Below are positions 26,001 to 38,300 of a DNA stretch of 64,000 nucleotides, piece by piece. This DNA is from Amoebophrya sp. A120 (taxonomy: Eukaryota; Protista; Dinoflagellata). The notes beneath the pieces are model-generated. The model ran no database searches. It had not been told where the DNA came from and worked only from the letters and a program-made list of their open reading frames with translations. The translations under genes were made by a program, and so were the position numbers. Every line of letters starts with the position of its first letter. The stretch's first letter is position 1. Where the stretch lies: assembly GCA_905178155.1 (NCBI GenBank), contig CAJINV010000007.1, positions 283,279-347,278 on the forward strand, in the 5' to 3' direction.

Positions 26001-29000
26001 CGTCGGGATTCTCAGCATTATAGTTCCTCTCGTCTATAACTTCCCGCCCTGTGACACGGACCCGCGATCCGCGTATCTGCTCCACGGGAGCGTGGGTATC
26101 AACCGCAAAAGTGTCGGGGTCTGGAGGAGTCATGCTGTTTTTGCATGACCAAGAAGGTCTGGCATGGAAGCCCTAGCATCACAGGTTTCGAGAAGCTTCC
26201 GCAATGCCGACTCCACATGACAAATCCCCCACTTTGATGACAGAAAGTGCAAGTGATAAGCTTTTGCTACCTATGCATGAGAGAGCTTTCTGTGTTCTGA
26301 AATGCGCATCACAAGTTTGTATTCTTCCAGACCCACACACATTTGCAATCCATAGTGGGCAAAGTAGTACCACACATCTGCTCCGCCGTCCTTCGAGGCG
26401 GCGAGATTCTTGAACTTCTTGACGGTATCCACCGCTTTCAAGTGGTACAGGTCTCTCACATAATTCCCGTCTAAATAAAGCGAAGAGGACGACGAAGCGG
26501 AACTGGATCTACAGACGCGGGGAGCAGCAGGGGATGATGACGTTCTTGAAGGGGTCTTATTCATGATTTTTACCCGAGTCGTTGTTTTTGCTGCTCCTCT
26601 TGTTCTTTTGTTCGACGCTGTCTGATCGTCAGATTCTCCTTGAAAATGATAATCATCAGGATTATGTGGTCCTGAGAGTTCTTCTTCTTCTCCCTCGTCG
26701 TCCCGCACCACCTCGCGATGAATATCAGAATCGTTCTCATCCTCAGCGGATAATATTAAACCTTGTTCATCAGTACCAGAGCTCGGCATCGTCGTGGAGG
26801 TTCTACTTGAGGTGGGCCCGCTGCTAATACTATAATCGCTACTACCCAGCCTCGAAAACATCTCCTCGATCTGTTCCTGGTGCCGGTCTAAAAGCAGGTC
26901 CTTCCCGAAGCCGACCGCACTACGCTCCCCGTTGACCACCAAAATTCGCAACGGCTTCCACTGGATCAAACTCGTGTCCAGTTCCATGCCAATTCTTTCC
27001 AAAAGGTTCTCGATCTTCGGGCTTTTGCGCAGTTCGATCTGGGGCGGGCCTTCCGAGAGGGTGCCACCGAGAACCTTGTTGATCATGGCGAGGTAGTGAT
27101 CTAACGCGTCAAGCGTCTGCTCCTCCTGCTGTTTAGGTTTGTCTTCATTTTCATCTCCTTGTTGCTGCGCATCATTTTTATGCTGGAATATTAAATGATG
27201 ACCTTGTTCCTGCTCCTGTTGCGCGCACCGCGCCAAGTCCTTGCAGTAGAGCAGCCCGCCCGTGGGATTCAGCGGATCGTCATACACGACCTTCGCATCG
27301 ACGGGGGGAAGGGAGTAAGTGATGGAGTGGAAGATTGTGGGAACCGCAGAAGTTGTTTTCACTGTCCACATGATTTTCGGCATGAACCTTGCGAACCCTC
27401 TGGCGTAGTTAATGTTTGCCGACTTTCCGTAAAATTGGACCTTCCGCTGCTCTTCGGGCAACAGAAGCAACCCCTCGTCGACAGCCTTCATCAGCAGATA
27501 AATCCGCAAGCGGTCGGCGCACACCGGCTTGTTGTGGGCCCCGCCGGTCGTTGCGAGAACAATGCCGTATTGCTCGAAAATGCTCGGAAATTGCATCAGC
27601 AGCCGGTCCGCATGCTTTTTGCACGCACTGCCGCACTTCCGACACAACCGGAATGTGTAAGAGGACACGGACAACGCCTTTGAAGAGGTGGAACTACTGC
27701 TGTCGAAAGTGTTAGAAGTACCCGAGCTGGTACTTTTGTCGGCCTCCTTGCCCTCGACAATCGCTGGCCAGTAGAACTTGTAAAAGTTGTTGTCTAAGTG
27801 GAAAGATGAATTCTCGTCAATTGTCGTGTTGTTCGGAACATTAAACCTGTTCATCTGGGCTGCCGCGAACAAAAACGCTGGTGGTGTTTTCAGACAAAAT
27901 TCCGTGACATCGATCACCGGCCTTCTGGTAGAAATCGGGTCGACGGAATTCAGATTGCTGGTGGAGTTCTTAGAGCTGTCAAGAAGATGTTGAGCGGTGT
28001 TCTGTCTGTTGTTACTCGTGGTCTTGTTGCTCATCTTGTTGTTCCCACTTGTGCTGCTCGCCGCGGTAGAAAGAGTTCCTCGGGGACTGCTTTCCATTAA
28101 TATTTCCGCAGCATTCGATGGTGTAGCAGCTCCAGGAACTGCGCCGCCGGAAGTTGTCAAAGTGTTCACCATCTTGCCATTCACCACTGCAAACTGCGAC
28201 GTCTGCAAAATGCGCTGTTGAGTACTAGCGCCGGCTCCTTGAAGTAGACTTCCGGTGGAGGGTGCAGTACCAGAGGTTGTCGTGGCAACTTCGGTCACGG
28301 TGGTTTTCATCGTTACCAAATTACTTCTGGTTGTTGTTGTTTTTCCCTTTGTGGACGCCGACGGCGACGTCGCGGAACGAGAAGTACAAGAACTGCAGCT
28401 TTCGAAGTATTTTTCGCGCAGTTTCGACCGCAGTTCCGCGATGATTTTTTTCGTCAGCGCTGCATCTTTGCTCACGAGGTAGTGCAAGATCCCTAGCTGG
28501 GACAACAGAATCAGGATCTGGTGCTCCTGGCTCGGGATAAAATGATGATCTTGTTCGAGGACATCGCTAGTACTTTTTGTTGTACTAGTAGCTGATGCTG
28601 ATCCAATCGGCACAAGCTCGACGTGAAAAAGGGGCTCGCGATTAGGATTGCCTCCCGTACTAGTACTCGTAGTAGTCCGATTCAACAATGTTGCTTGTCC
28701 CGCCGGAGAAAAATGCGTGGTGGGCGAGGACCCTCGCTCGTCGGCCGCCCAGGAGGTGGTGGAATTGGTTGTGAATAACAGATTTTGATTTTGATTTTCA
28801 CTGTCTACTGTACTGTCCGGGGGAAAATTGATGTTCTGTGCAGCAGCAGCATTAGTAAAACCGGGACCCCCGCCTGACGAACTTGTGCCGCTCATCCGCG
28901 CGTTCGTGCTTATTGCCGGGATGTGTTCCAGAAAGGCAACTAAAAACTTCTCCGACTTCGTCCCGGATTCCCGGTCCATCGTTTGCCTTGTCAAGTACAG

Positions 29001-30284
29001 AAACCATTGGTTCTGTTGCTGCTCCCGGAGGTCCGCAAAGTGAAAGGGCGGGGACGAAGGGAATAGTGAGGTGGCAGCTGCATTGCGGTAGTTTAAAAAA
29101 GAATTGTCCACTTCGCCCGAAGCTGCAGCAGTTGCTCCGGCTCCTGGTGGAGACGAGGTCGTCCGGTCCAGAGAAAAGTTGTTCCCGCCTCGCCTGTGCC
29201 ACAAAAACGCCTGCGCTTCCTGGTCATCCGCAGTGTCAGCCGCCTTCACAAGTTCCAGCGAAAACCCGACCAGAGTACAACTAGGGTCGTGTGGTGGACG
29301 TCGAGGGTCCTTGTTGTTCTCAGCGAAATTCATCATTTGTCCCGGTTCATGCTGCACAAAAAACGTGCGGGTGGTATTCTTGAAGGCGGTTGAATTCGAC
29401 AGATAATTCTCCTGTGCCGGCGCTCCTCCAGGATAGTTATAATCATTCTTCGACGACGTGGCTGTTGTTGTACTTGTCGTGGGGGTCGTCCCATTGTTCT
29501 GCTCAAGAAGACCACCTACACTGCTAGTACTATCTAGCTCGAAAAACGCCCGGATTTCCTGTTCCGCGGCCTGCAATATCAGTCGCGACAGTTGTTCCTT
29601 TTCGATTTGAAAAAACGGTGCGGGGAGCTTTCGGATCCGGATCAGAACCTTTTTCAAATTCTTCAACAAGTTCTGTGCGTACTGCCGATTCAGCGCATTC
29701 GGCGGCAGAGTGATGCCGAACGGGTTCAAAACTGGATGGAAGGGACTGCCAGGAGCGCCGCTACTGCTGCTCTCGGTTCTAATTACAGGAGGGTCGCGAC
29801 GACCAGAGGTAGAATCGGGCAAAAATGACTGCTCGTCGTGGTGGCCCCCGATTCTATTCAGCATTGGTGATGTTGTTCCACCTTGACCTGCCACCGGCCC
29901 TTGTGCACTTCCAAAAGCTGCCGGAGGAGGTCCTGGAGGTCCTGCAGTTATGTTGCTTTGCAGGACAAGCTGCCTCATCAGGTCCAGGAAAAGTACATTC
30001 CGGGGGTCGACGAGTGGAGCGCCGGGGGAAGGAGCTGCAGCTCCGGCCATCGAGGGTGTCATGGTAGCGGAAGTAGCTCCACCTGCAGCTGCACCTGGCG
30101 CTTGTTGTACCAACATCTTCTCCTGCTGTCGAAAATTATAGTCCTTCTGTTGTTTCAAATACTGCAGTTTCGCCACCTCGTAGCGGCTCCCCGGAGATAA
30201 ATCATCAGGCTTGCTAGTGCTTTGGAGGGGCCCAGCAGTTTTCCCCGACGGGAGATTCTTTTTTTTCCTGGTATTGGGCTGCAT
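20008..30284 (-). CDS. Multi-exon gene (12 introner introns): long low-complexity N-terminus, CHAT/caspase-like peptidase domain, single transmembrane helix, C-terminal domain
   Basis: A 3.9-kb first exon (ORF 26271-30284) is followed by exons that join in frame to a TAG at 20008. Motifs KPLRILVVNGE...ADVWYYFAH...PKFVILLGCYTHTAGKVFESYGVPTVC...EVACRFGLGLL resemble the CHAT His/Cys dyad pattern. TM segment IWIAVGIIALVACLGLALGLYYVF at ~23700-23770. Confidence 0.7.
20279..20603. mobile_element. Introner family C
   Basis: DR ATCCG; right end CGTA. Confidence 0.9.
20753..21031. mobile_element. Introner family B
   Basis: DR TGCCC/TGGCC. Confidence 0.9.
21107..22315. mobile_element. Introner family F carrying a nested ~1-kb retro-insertion
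   Basis: F-type TIRs at both ends; DR CACTT/CACCT. Confidence 0.85.
21228..22269 (-). mobile_element. Poly(A)-tailed retroposed insertion (SINE, truncated LINE or retrocopy)
   Basis: T13 run at 21227-21239; flanked by a 17-bp duplication AAATTTGTAATGCATCT (21211-21227 and 22270-22286). Confidence 0.7.
22436..22703. mobile_element. Introner family A
   Basis: DR TTGTT. Confidence 0.9.
22778..23039. mobile_element. Introner family A
   Basis: DR GCGGT/ACGGT. Confidence 0.9.
23322..23595. mobile_element. Introner family A
   Basis: DR CCTTC; right end CGTA. Confidence 0.85.
23949..24164. mobile_element. Introner family E
   Basis: DR GGCGG/GGTGC. Confidence 0.85.
24673..24843. mobile_element. 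Introner family G (short, 171 bp)
   Basis: DR TCGAG; long imperfect TIR. Confidence 0.9.
24949..25234. mobile_element. Introner family B
   Basis: DR TCGCC. Confidence 0.9.
25405..25553. mobile_element. Introner family F
   Basis: DR ACAGC. Confidence 0.9.
25646..25907. mobile_element. Introner family A
   Basis: DR AGGGA. Confidence 0.9.
26097..26354. mobile_element. Introner family A
   Basis: DR GTGGG (contains the codon of the putative catalytic His). Confidence 0.9.
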
Positions 30285-32341
30285 GACTTGCTATGTGCTA
30301 TGCTTGTACGAATTATAAAGATGTATTTGATGTGCTCCTGTTATGGGGATGTTCCTGCTACCGGTAGGTAGATTAGAGCCACATCATAAATATGATCCCA
30401 TGCGGGAAAAATCTCCCGAGTTGGATTTGGTACGGTATCAAAGAAAAATGTACTTATACTCTGTGCAATACTGATGATGTTAGTTCTACTTTTTATCATG
30501 TATGAAATAGATCAACACAAAGATGCTCATAGACTGCTGCTTATCGTCCTGTATTTGTGGGTATGTTGCAGCAATCAATGTCGCACTTTTTTTACTGCGG
30601 TCGTGAGAAAACAACATCGTAAAATCTTCAAAGCGTGGTCGATTTCTTCCAGACTACTAGTTGCACTACTTTATTTCGTAGCAAAAGATAACTTTTTTTC
30701 GAACCAGCATCGGACTTGTCTTTATTACAGAACGCGTTCCGTGCGGCATATCTAGACATGTGATCGGTGGGTCATGGATCTTCACTAGTGCCAGCAAGTA
30801 GATCTTCTGCGATTTTGATTGAAAGTTAACATGAACATGTTGACCTCAGACTTGTTTGCGGACCACATGCAAGTCGTTTTGTCGATCCATATTCAAGTCG
30901 TTTTGTTATTTCTCGCGCAGGATCTTCGAAGTCGCGGTGATTAGATTTGCATCTCAATATCACTTCAGCTTTATGTCAGCCCGCCGAGGTGGACACCGAA
31001 ATATACACATCTTCAAAACCGAAAAGGATTGGGCTGTCACTGCACATCTATTCGACGCCTCCTCGGGGCCGAGCGAGTGTTATTGCTCATCCTGGAGCAG
31101 TCGTGCTGTGGTCCTCCAGCACTTGTTGGAATAAAAAAGCTACTATACCGACGGTATCCGAATATTAGTAGAGCTCCACCGAATTTTTGAATATTGAAGC
31201 TTATTATTTGATTGAACCGTGATCGTAGCAAGCGGAATTCATCTAATGCAAATTATGTGATCTCGGTGGGCTGGCATAGTACCGCTGCAGCTTTTCATGC
31301 AAGCTATGTCCTGCTTGTTCCCAGAACTGCTCGTCCTCGTGAGTCATAGAATAAAACCTGCATGATGATCTATGTCTTGCGATGTTTATCTTTCGGACCA
31401 CCCAGACCACCTATGTGATGCATGTATCAATTTCAACATCCACAAAGCAGAACATCAAGCGGCTAGGTAAACTATACCGCAGATGAAAGGTGCCAGAAGG
31501 CAACATTGCAACGACTCGCTAAGTGCTGACCACTGTGGAACCAGCCACGCAAAAGCGAGCAGAAGCAGTGCTCATGATTTTCTATCAGTTAGCTTCCGCG
31601 CTGTACTGTGCAGGGTTTGCCTAAAGTCCGACGATCGTGTTCGAAATATCTACTACTTGCTTCATCATAGCGTAGTATTTATTCGAGCTTTATTCGATCG
31701 ACTAAATCGCGCCGCGCCAGTGTGCTAACTTAAACTTTTCACTCTTCCTTGTGTAGCCTAAAAGATGACCATGGATATCACCACGACCACCACCTCTAGA
31801 CTACTATGCTTCTATGATGTACTTTACTTCTTGTACTAGGGAAAAAAAGGAAAATCTCCGAAAGATTTTCGTTTGCTGAATTATGTCAGGATTTTACATG
31901 TACCATGCTGATGATGAAAATATGCTCATAGCAGATTTGTTGAAGATGCAGATGTAAATGTATGAGAAAGGAGGATAGTGTAGTAGTAAATGCACAAAAC
32001 GATTTACGCAGAAGTATGTGGTAAAAAAAAAAATAACTCGCTTGTACAACTATTTTTCGGGTCACTTCTCGAATAGTTGTACAACAACTCAGTACAAGTT
32101 GTTAGACTCAACTTATCACAACTCATGTAGACTCACTGTAAAAATTCTACTTGTATGTACTAAAAAACTGTGGAAAGTGAACAAACTCGTTCGACTTTAG
32201 CCTGAATGGTGCTGTGTAGTTGAATTTGCATTTCCTATCCCTCTTCTCGGCGCATCATGATGACGAAAATAACCCGCAAAAGAATTGTGTTCAGAAAAAC
32301 GACGACTGTGGAGGAAAAAGCGATCCTATCATCAGACGCAG

Positions 32342-34709
32342 TTCTGTTTGTATAAAAAAAAATCCGAATTATCCCGTGCGGAATTCAACATCGTTAAGGG
32401 CCCAAAGAGACTGACGAAGAAAAATCGCAGAAATGCTGCGTCGAGGAACAGAGAAAAAATCTTGGCCCCGGGAGGGTTGCGAACGAGCGCAACTACCACA
32501 TGCTTGAAACAAATGAGGGGGGGCCCGCCAGGTTTAGGCGAAATGGGCGCCCCGAATTTTTTCAAGCCCGAAAAAAAATTGCCAAGCTGAAAAGACAAAA
32601 ATCCGCCCGGCGCGTTACCGCCTGACCGCCAGGCGGTAAGGGCAAGGCGCCGCGCGAGCGAGGAAAAACATGAAAGCCCGCCGCGCGCGAGCGACGAAAA
32701 ACTTTCGCCAAGGAGGCGCAAAGGGGGGCGGGGCGCCGAACCATCTGGCGCAGGCTCGGCAGCATAAAAAAATCGCGCGCGCAGCGCGCGGGCGAGAAAA
32801 ACATTTTGCGCCCCCGGCGCAGAAGCGTCGGGCCCGACGAAGCAGCGCCGGGCGTGTGCGTTTTTGTGCAGCCGGCGAAGAGCCGCCGAACGAGGTGCCA
32901 CGGCCCCGTCCCACATCGCGCGCGGCCGAAAAATTTCGTTTTTTCCGCAGCCGACACAGAAGCGCCGAGCGCGATGCCTCAGCGCCGACCCTCGTCAAGG
33001 TCCGCGCGCGCAACGCGCGGGCGGAGAAAAAAACTCTGCCCGATCGGCAAACCGGCCCCGGGCGGACTCTGTATGTTACCGGCTTTGGTAAATTGCCGCG
33101 CGCGCAGCGCGCGGGCGAAAGTTTTTTTTTTTGTTTGCCCAGCCGGCACAAGCAACAACGAACACCGGACCAACGCGGTAGGCCCCGACACTGATCAAAG
33201 TCTGCGCGCGCAGGAACGCGCGGGCGCGGAAAATTTTTCGCCACTCCGCGGCCACAGACATATCGCAGAGATGGCCGCGGGCTTCACGCGCGCGCACCGC
33301 CCCGCCTGACATGCGATCGATACGGCAGCAATGCTGGCCCCGGCCTTGAGAAAAACTAACCCACCACGCGCACGGCGCGCGGGCGACGAAAAATTTCCGT
33401 AAAGCGAAAAAGAGCACGCAGCGCCAAACAGTGTGGCCGGGCGAAGTAAAGGGTCCCTGCGCGCGAAAAAAGCTTCGCACTCCCGGCGCAGTAGCTCCAA
33501 GCGCGTTTCATCTGTGCAGCCGGCACAAGAACGTCGAGCGCGATGCCGCGACCTCGTCCGGGTCCGCCCCTAATCGCGCGCGTGCGCAAAAAGATCGCTT
33601 TTGCGAAACCGCTACAAAGGCCCGCGCGCGCAGCGCGAAAAAATTTTTTGCCCGGCCGGCACAAGCAACAACGCCGAACACGGTAGGCCCCGACCCTGAG
33701 TGATCAAAATCTGCGCGCACGCCAGCGCGCGGGCGAGGAAACAAAATTTCTTCGCCCCTCGCCGGCCAAAGACATATCACACAGGCGGCCGCGGGCTTCA
33801 ACCGCGCGGGCGAAGTACGATTTTTCGCAACTGAGAGAGCGGAGGCGAAGAATGAATGCCGTCCCCGGCTCCCGCGTGGGTGCGCGCGCGCTGCGTGCGC
33901 GCGAAGAAAAAAATTTCGGCCCCCGCGCCCGGATCCGGCTGCGGGCTTCACAATCACGGGCGGAGAGAGCTTTTATTTTCAAAACCTTGAGGGCCCGCGC
34001 GGGCAAGGCAATACTTTTACAAAAAATTTGGCCGCGCGGCACACTTGCAAACAGACCGCGCGCGGCTTCGGCCTCTCTTCAGGCTTCGCGAGCGCACGCA
34101 AAGGTTCGCCACTAACAGCGCGACGCTGGACAGAATGAGGCGTGCCACGTCAGAAGCAAAAACCGCGAGAGGGTAGCGAAGGTGGGAAGCTTCGTCGTTC
34201 TATTTGCAACGAGGGGGGGGCAGAGCTAGAAAGCGAACCGATGGAACACGCAATGCCGCGCGGTTTCGTTGCGTCGGATTTCGTAGGAAAGGGGGGCAGC
34301 CCCCCTCGGCTGAAACACGTCGGCCATGGCGAAGGAAAGGGGCGAGCGAAAGATAAAAGGCAGCGAACCAGCCCGGCGCCCCGATGCCAGGCTAGCACCA
34401 ACAAGGCACTGAATAGCGATGGCGCGCCGGCCTAGCGCAATCCCTTCCAGCGCGCCGGCGCGACGGTGGCGACCGGTAACAAACCCACCAAGCGCGCCCC
34501 GTCTGATGCGCTCGCCCCGTGTTGCGCCAGGAGTGTCCTTCTTGTCGTTTCCTGGCATATTCTCGCAGGGGGAATGTCTTTGAGGGAGAATCTCTTTAGG
34601 CCGTCGGTAGAATTTCTTTGAGATTTTTTTTTTCCCAACATATTTCTGTTTGGATTTAAAAAAAATCCGAATTATCCCGTGCGGAATTCAACATCGTTAA
34701 GTAGTCTAG
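32342..34709 (+). mobile_element. GC-rich non-coding island bounded by ~57-bp direct repeats, possibly a non-autonomous Helitron-like element
   Basis: Repeat copies at 32342-32398 and 34644-34701 (core AAAAAAAATCCGAATTATCCCGTGCGGAATTCAACATCGTTAAG); ends AGTAGTCTAG|T; internal ~200-bp duplication (~33100-33300 vs ~33620-33815). Confidence 0.5.
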
Positions 34710-34908
34710 TGCATCTCGATGCACGACCCTGTGCAGCAACTTAGAACTAGACTACCTGCGCTAGAGGATTTCTTCTTCAAAGAAACTTTTTGTTTTTGGA
34801 TAAACTTCTTCAGCCTGCCAAAAGTGTCGCTTGGAGGTTGTGACACAGGAGGTCGCCGGTGTTGATTTGTAGTATGTATAGCAATAGGAATAGCTACTAC
34901 TACGTGTA

Positions 34909-35161
34909 TATCAAGTGTAAAAATGTCTGGGTCTGGAATATTGCGAGATTTGTCATGCTTGTCTGGCATGACAAAAAAGTTTGTGATGCGTGTCCAAGAA
35001 GAGACCCTTTTTCCTGTCATGCAAAAACGCAGTTTCTCATGCGAAAAACGCAACACAAAGAAGCGCAGATATTTCTCATGCTTGGCTGTGCATTACAGAG
35101 CATTCACCACTCCCAACACAGCATTACAAGTTTCCAGACCCAGACATTTTTACATTTGATA
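34909..35161. mobile_element. Introner family A outside CDS (probable 3' UTR)
   Basis: DR GTGTA. Confidence 0.9.
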
Positions 35162-35354
35162 GTGTAGTGAGTAAAATACTAAATCGGTCTTCAGCACAAC
35201 GTAAAAATGCTGTAATGCTAAGTTGTACGCAACTGCTGAAGTACCGAAGCAACCCTGGTTCGGCTGCTGTTGCTCGCGGTGTGCTGGTCGCTAGAATGTT
35301 GAGTCACGACTCAACTTACTCTACTCTACTACCAAAAACTCAACTTACCTACAA

Positions 35355-38300
35355 TTAATTTGCCGCAACGACGTTCTTTACTTCATCTCCTGGCCCCTCC
35401 GTAGCAACCTGGCTGATACAACTACTCCTCCTATCATTATTTCGTCCGCAAATAACTTCTACGCTACTGCTACTACTACTACTGCTATTCCTGCTTCCAT
35501 TTCTTGCGCCCCCGCTGGAATTAGTTCGCGATGCCCGTCGCCCAAAGATGTTGTTTCGCTCCAGAAATGGTCGCGGCTGGCTCTCCTGACTTGTTTTCGT
35601 ACTAGAAGTGGGCTTTTCATCATCATCAGCATGATGATGGAAATTTCTAAACAAAGTAGTCCCGGCCGTCCTTGAAGTTGTAAAAACCGCTATCCTGAGT
35701 AAAAACGTACCCACACCAGAGTTGTAATGCAAATCTGAATGCTGAACATGTTTCTCATGCGAAGCCCCATGAGAAGCATTTTCTCATCGTGTTTTGCAAT
35801 TTGTCATGCTCCAATCAGCATCGTATGCTCAATCTGTGATGCTGCTCAGCTAGCTCAAACAGCACTACACTACGAATCCAAATTTGTCATGCAAAACAGC
35901 CAAAAGTTGTGGATTTGTCTAGCCAATTCCCCATCTTGACTATGGTGTGGGTACGTTTTTACTCAGGATAACCGCTGGGACATTATCAAAGGTACTACTT
36001 TCTGTGCTGTCTAAGGTACTTTCTAAGGTTGTTGAAGCCGATTCAACAGATGCATCGACTGCCTCCGAAGCATCGAGATCGGTCGAATCCTCCTCTTCGG
36101 AAAGAATGGATTCGATATCTTCACTTTTGTTCTCAGAAGTTTGTGATCTACTACTGTTCGATTGGGAGAACACGATGGCCTCGGCCTCCCTCTGCGTGTC
36201 CCGCAGTTGGAAGTTTTCGCAACTATAGTCCTCCTCCGCAGAAGTTCCATCAGCCGCTGCGATATCGCAAGAAAAAACTGTTTCACTGTAAACTTGTGAT
36301 GCATAAAAATGGAACACAGAACCATTTGTCTTGCTAAAAATGCAAGAAAGTGAATTTTTAGCTGTGTTTTCCCTTAGGAAGCTTGCATGGCAAATTTTCT
36401 CTGTCATGCTGAACAAACTTGTGATGCAAAAGGAAAAGTTGCAAGATCCTTACAGTGAAACACTTTTTTCCTGTGATATGCGACCACCGTCCCACAATGA
36501 ACATAGGCGTCGCCCCCGGTGATCAGGTCAAAAGTGACGGGAGAATATCCTGTGCAAAAACGTCCCCACCCCATAGTCAAGTCGGTAATAATCTGCAACA
36601 CAAATCTCCAAGTTTTGGGAGTTTTGCATGACAAGCTTCCATCTGTAGAGTCGTGCTGTTTAGCAAGGGTAATCGCATGAGAAAGCCAGCCTCTCATCCT
36701 GTTTACAGCATTACAAAGTCTAAAACACGATCGGAAATGCCTCTCACGCAGATCCGCATTGCAAATGTTCCTGTCATTGCGCATTTGCACGACAACTCTG
36801 GGGTGGGGGCGTTTTTGCTCAGGATAGAGAATCGCCGTGCTTTTGTGCCAGCTGGAACTTCGTGGTGTCCTCCTCGGCGGCGTTAAAAATACCCGAAGCC
36901 TGCCCTCCGGTGAGGACGATAGGGACGATCGTGTGCTGCTGGAGGTCGTGTTCTTGACCATTCTTAGAATTTCCGTTATCATCGATTGCTCCTGCTTGTT
37001 CTTTCGCTGGTTCCTGTTCCTCCGACCGGTAAAATTCCCTTCCGACCGGGGCCAACTGTTCGCGAAGGAATTTGGTCCAGGACAGGTCAGCGACATACCG
37101 CTCGACCCTGTTGTCGCGCTGCCCGTTTCCGCCCAAAACAACCTGTGCGGGGAGAAAGACTCGGTTTTCTTCCTCCCGCTTCTGTGCCTCCGTGAGTTGT
37201 GCGTGCCACACCCACCGCGTCTGCGGCAAAGAGTACAGGTGCATCTTGGTCTCCTGATTCAACAACCGGGCCGGCAGGGGCACCAGCAGCTCGGACAAGT
37301 TGGTTTGGTGCAGATGCTATGAACTTCAAAAGCATCGTACTCGTAGTATTGCAACACAAATTACCTCAGCATGACAAAGAGAATTTGTCATGCTGATTTA
37401 GCTAGAAAATGAAATTTGTCTTGCAGGACTGCGATTAGTACGAGTACGATGCTTTTGCACAGGATAGGTGCTCCGCGTTCCGGTGGATCAGCTTCCGCAC
37501 CATGTCCGCATACTGCATTCGCTGCCCAGTGTTCTTGCGAAAACTGATCGCCAGATTGGTTCCCGCGGCAACGTTGACGAAGTTGTTGCTATCGTACCTT
37601 TTGCCCTCCGCCAAGGCTTTGTCGCGCAAGACCATGCGCGCCGCGACCAAGTGCGCCTCTGTGTCAGATTTGGACTTCATCCCCCTGGCGTCGAAAACGT
37701 GAGAAAGCGGCCGCCACGCAGAGTTCGTGTTTCGGTCTTTCAGACACTTCCTCACTCGGAGGTCCAAGTAGTAGCAGAACTTTTTCCACAAGTCGATGCC
37801 GTACTCCTCTTGCAAGGTCACCAGCCGCTGCACCGCTTCGCCTTCCGTCGGGGCCAGCAGCTTGTAGGTGTCCCCGTTGGCGGCCACGGTCTGGAGGATG
37901 GAGAGCAAATTCGTGCCGCTCGCAAAGGTGATTTGCCCGTGCTTGTTGCCGATTTCTTCCGCGCTCTCTTCCGACCCGGATAACAGCCCGAAGCTGACGT
38001 GGATCTTGTGCTGAATTGCATGTGGTTGCAACACGCCAAACTCATCAACGGCGGTCGCGAACTTCTCCACCGAGGTCCTGTCGCTGCTACGTGCCGAGTA
38101 CATGTCCTCCAGCTTCTTCTGCAACCAGTCCCGGGGGGACACGTTTTGCTTCAAACTGTCAAAGTCGATGTACCCCAAACGCACTTCGTCCGCCACCATT
38201 TCGAATTTTCCGACAGAACCGACCTTGGGCCAGTTGAAGGGGTCGTCGTGGCGGTCGTTTGTCAGTTTCAGCTGCGCTTTTACCGCGGGCTTGAGACAGA

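Noticed and set aside
32285-34641. Overlapping Arg/Ala-rich ORFs in the GC island as genes or a transposase
   Set aside because: They are open in many frames because of high GC, are low complexity, and show no recognisable motif.
34706-35056. ORF as the last exon of the UGT gene
   Set aside because: The spliced frame already stops at 35355, and most of this ORF's 5' half is element sequence.
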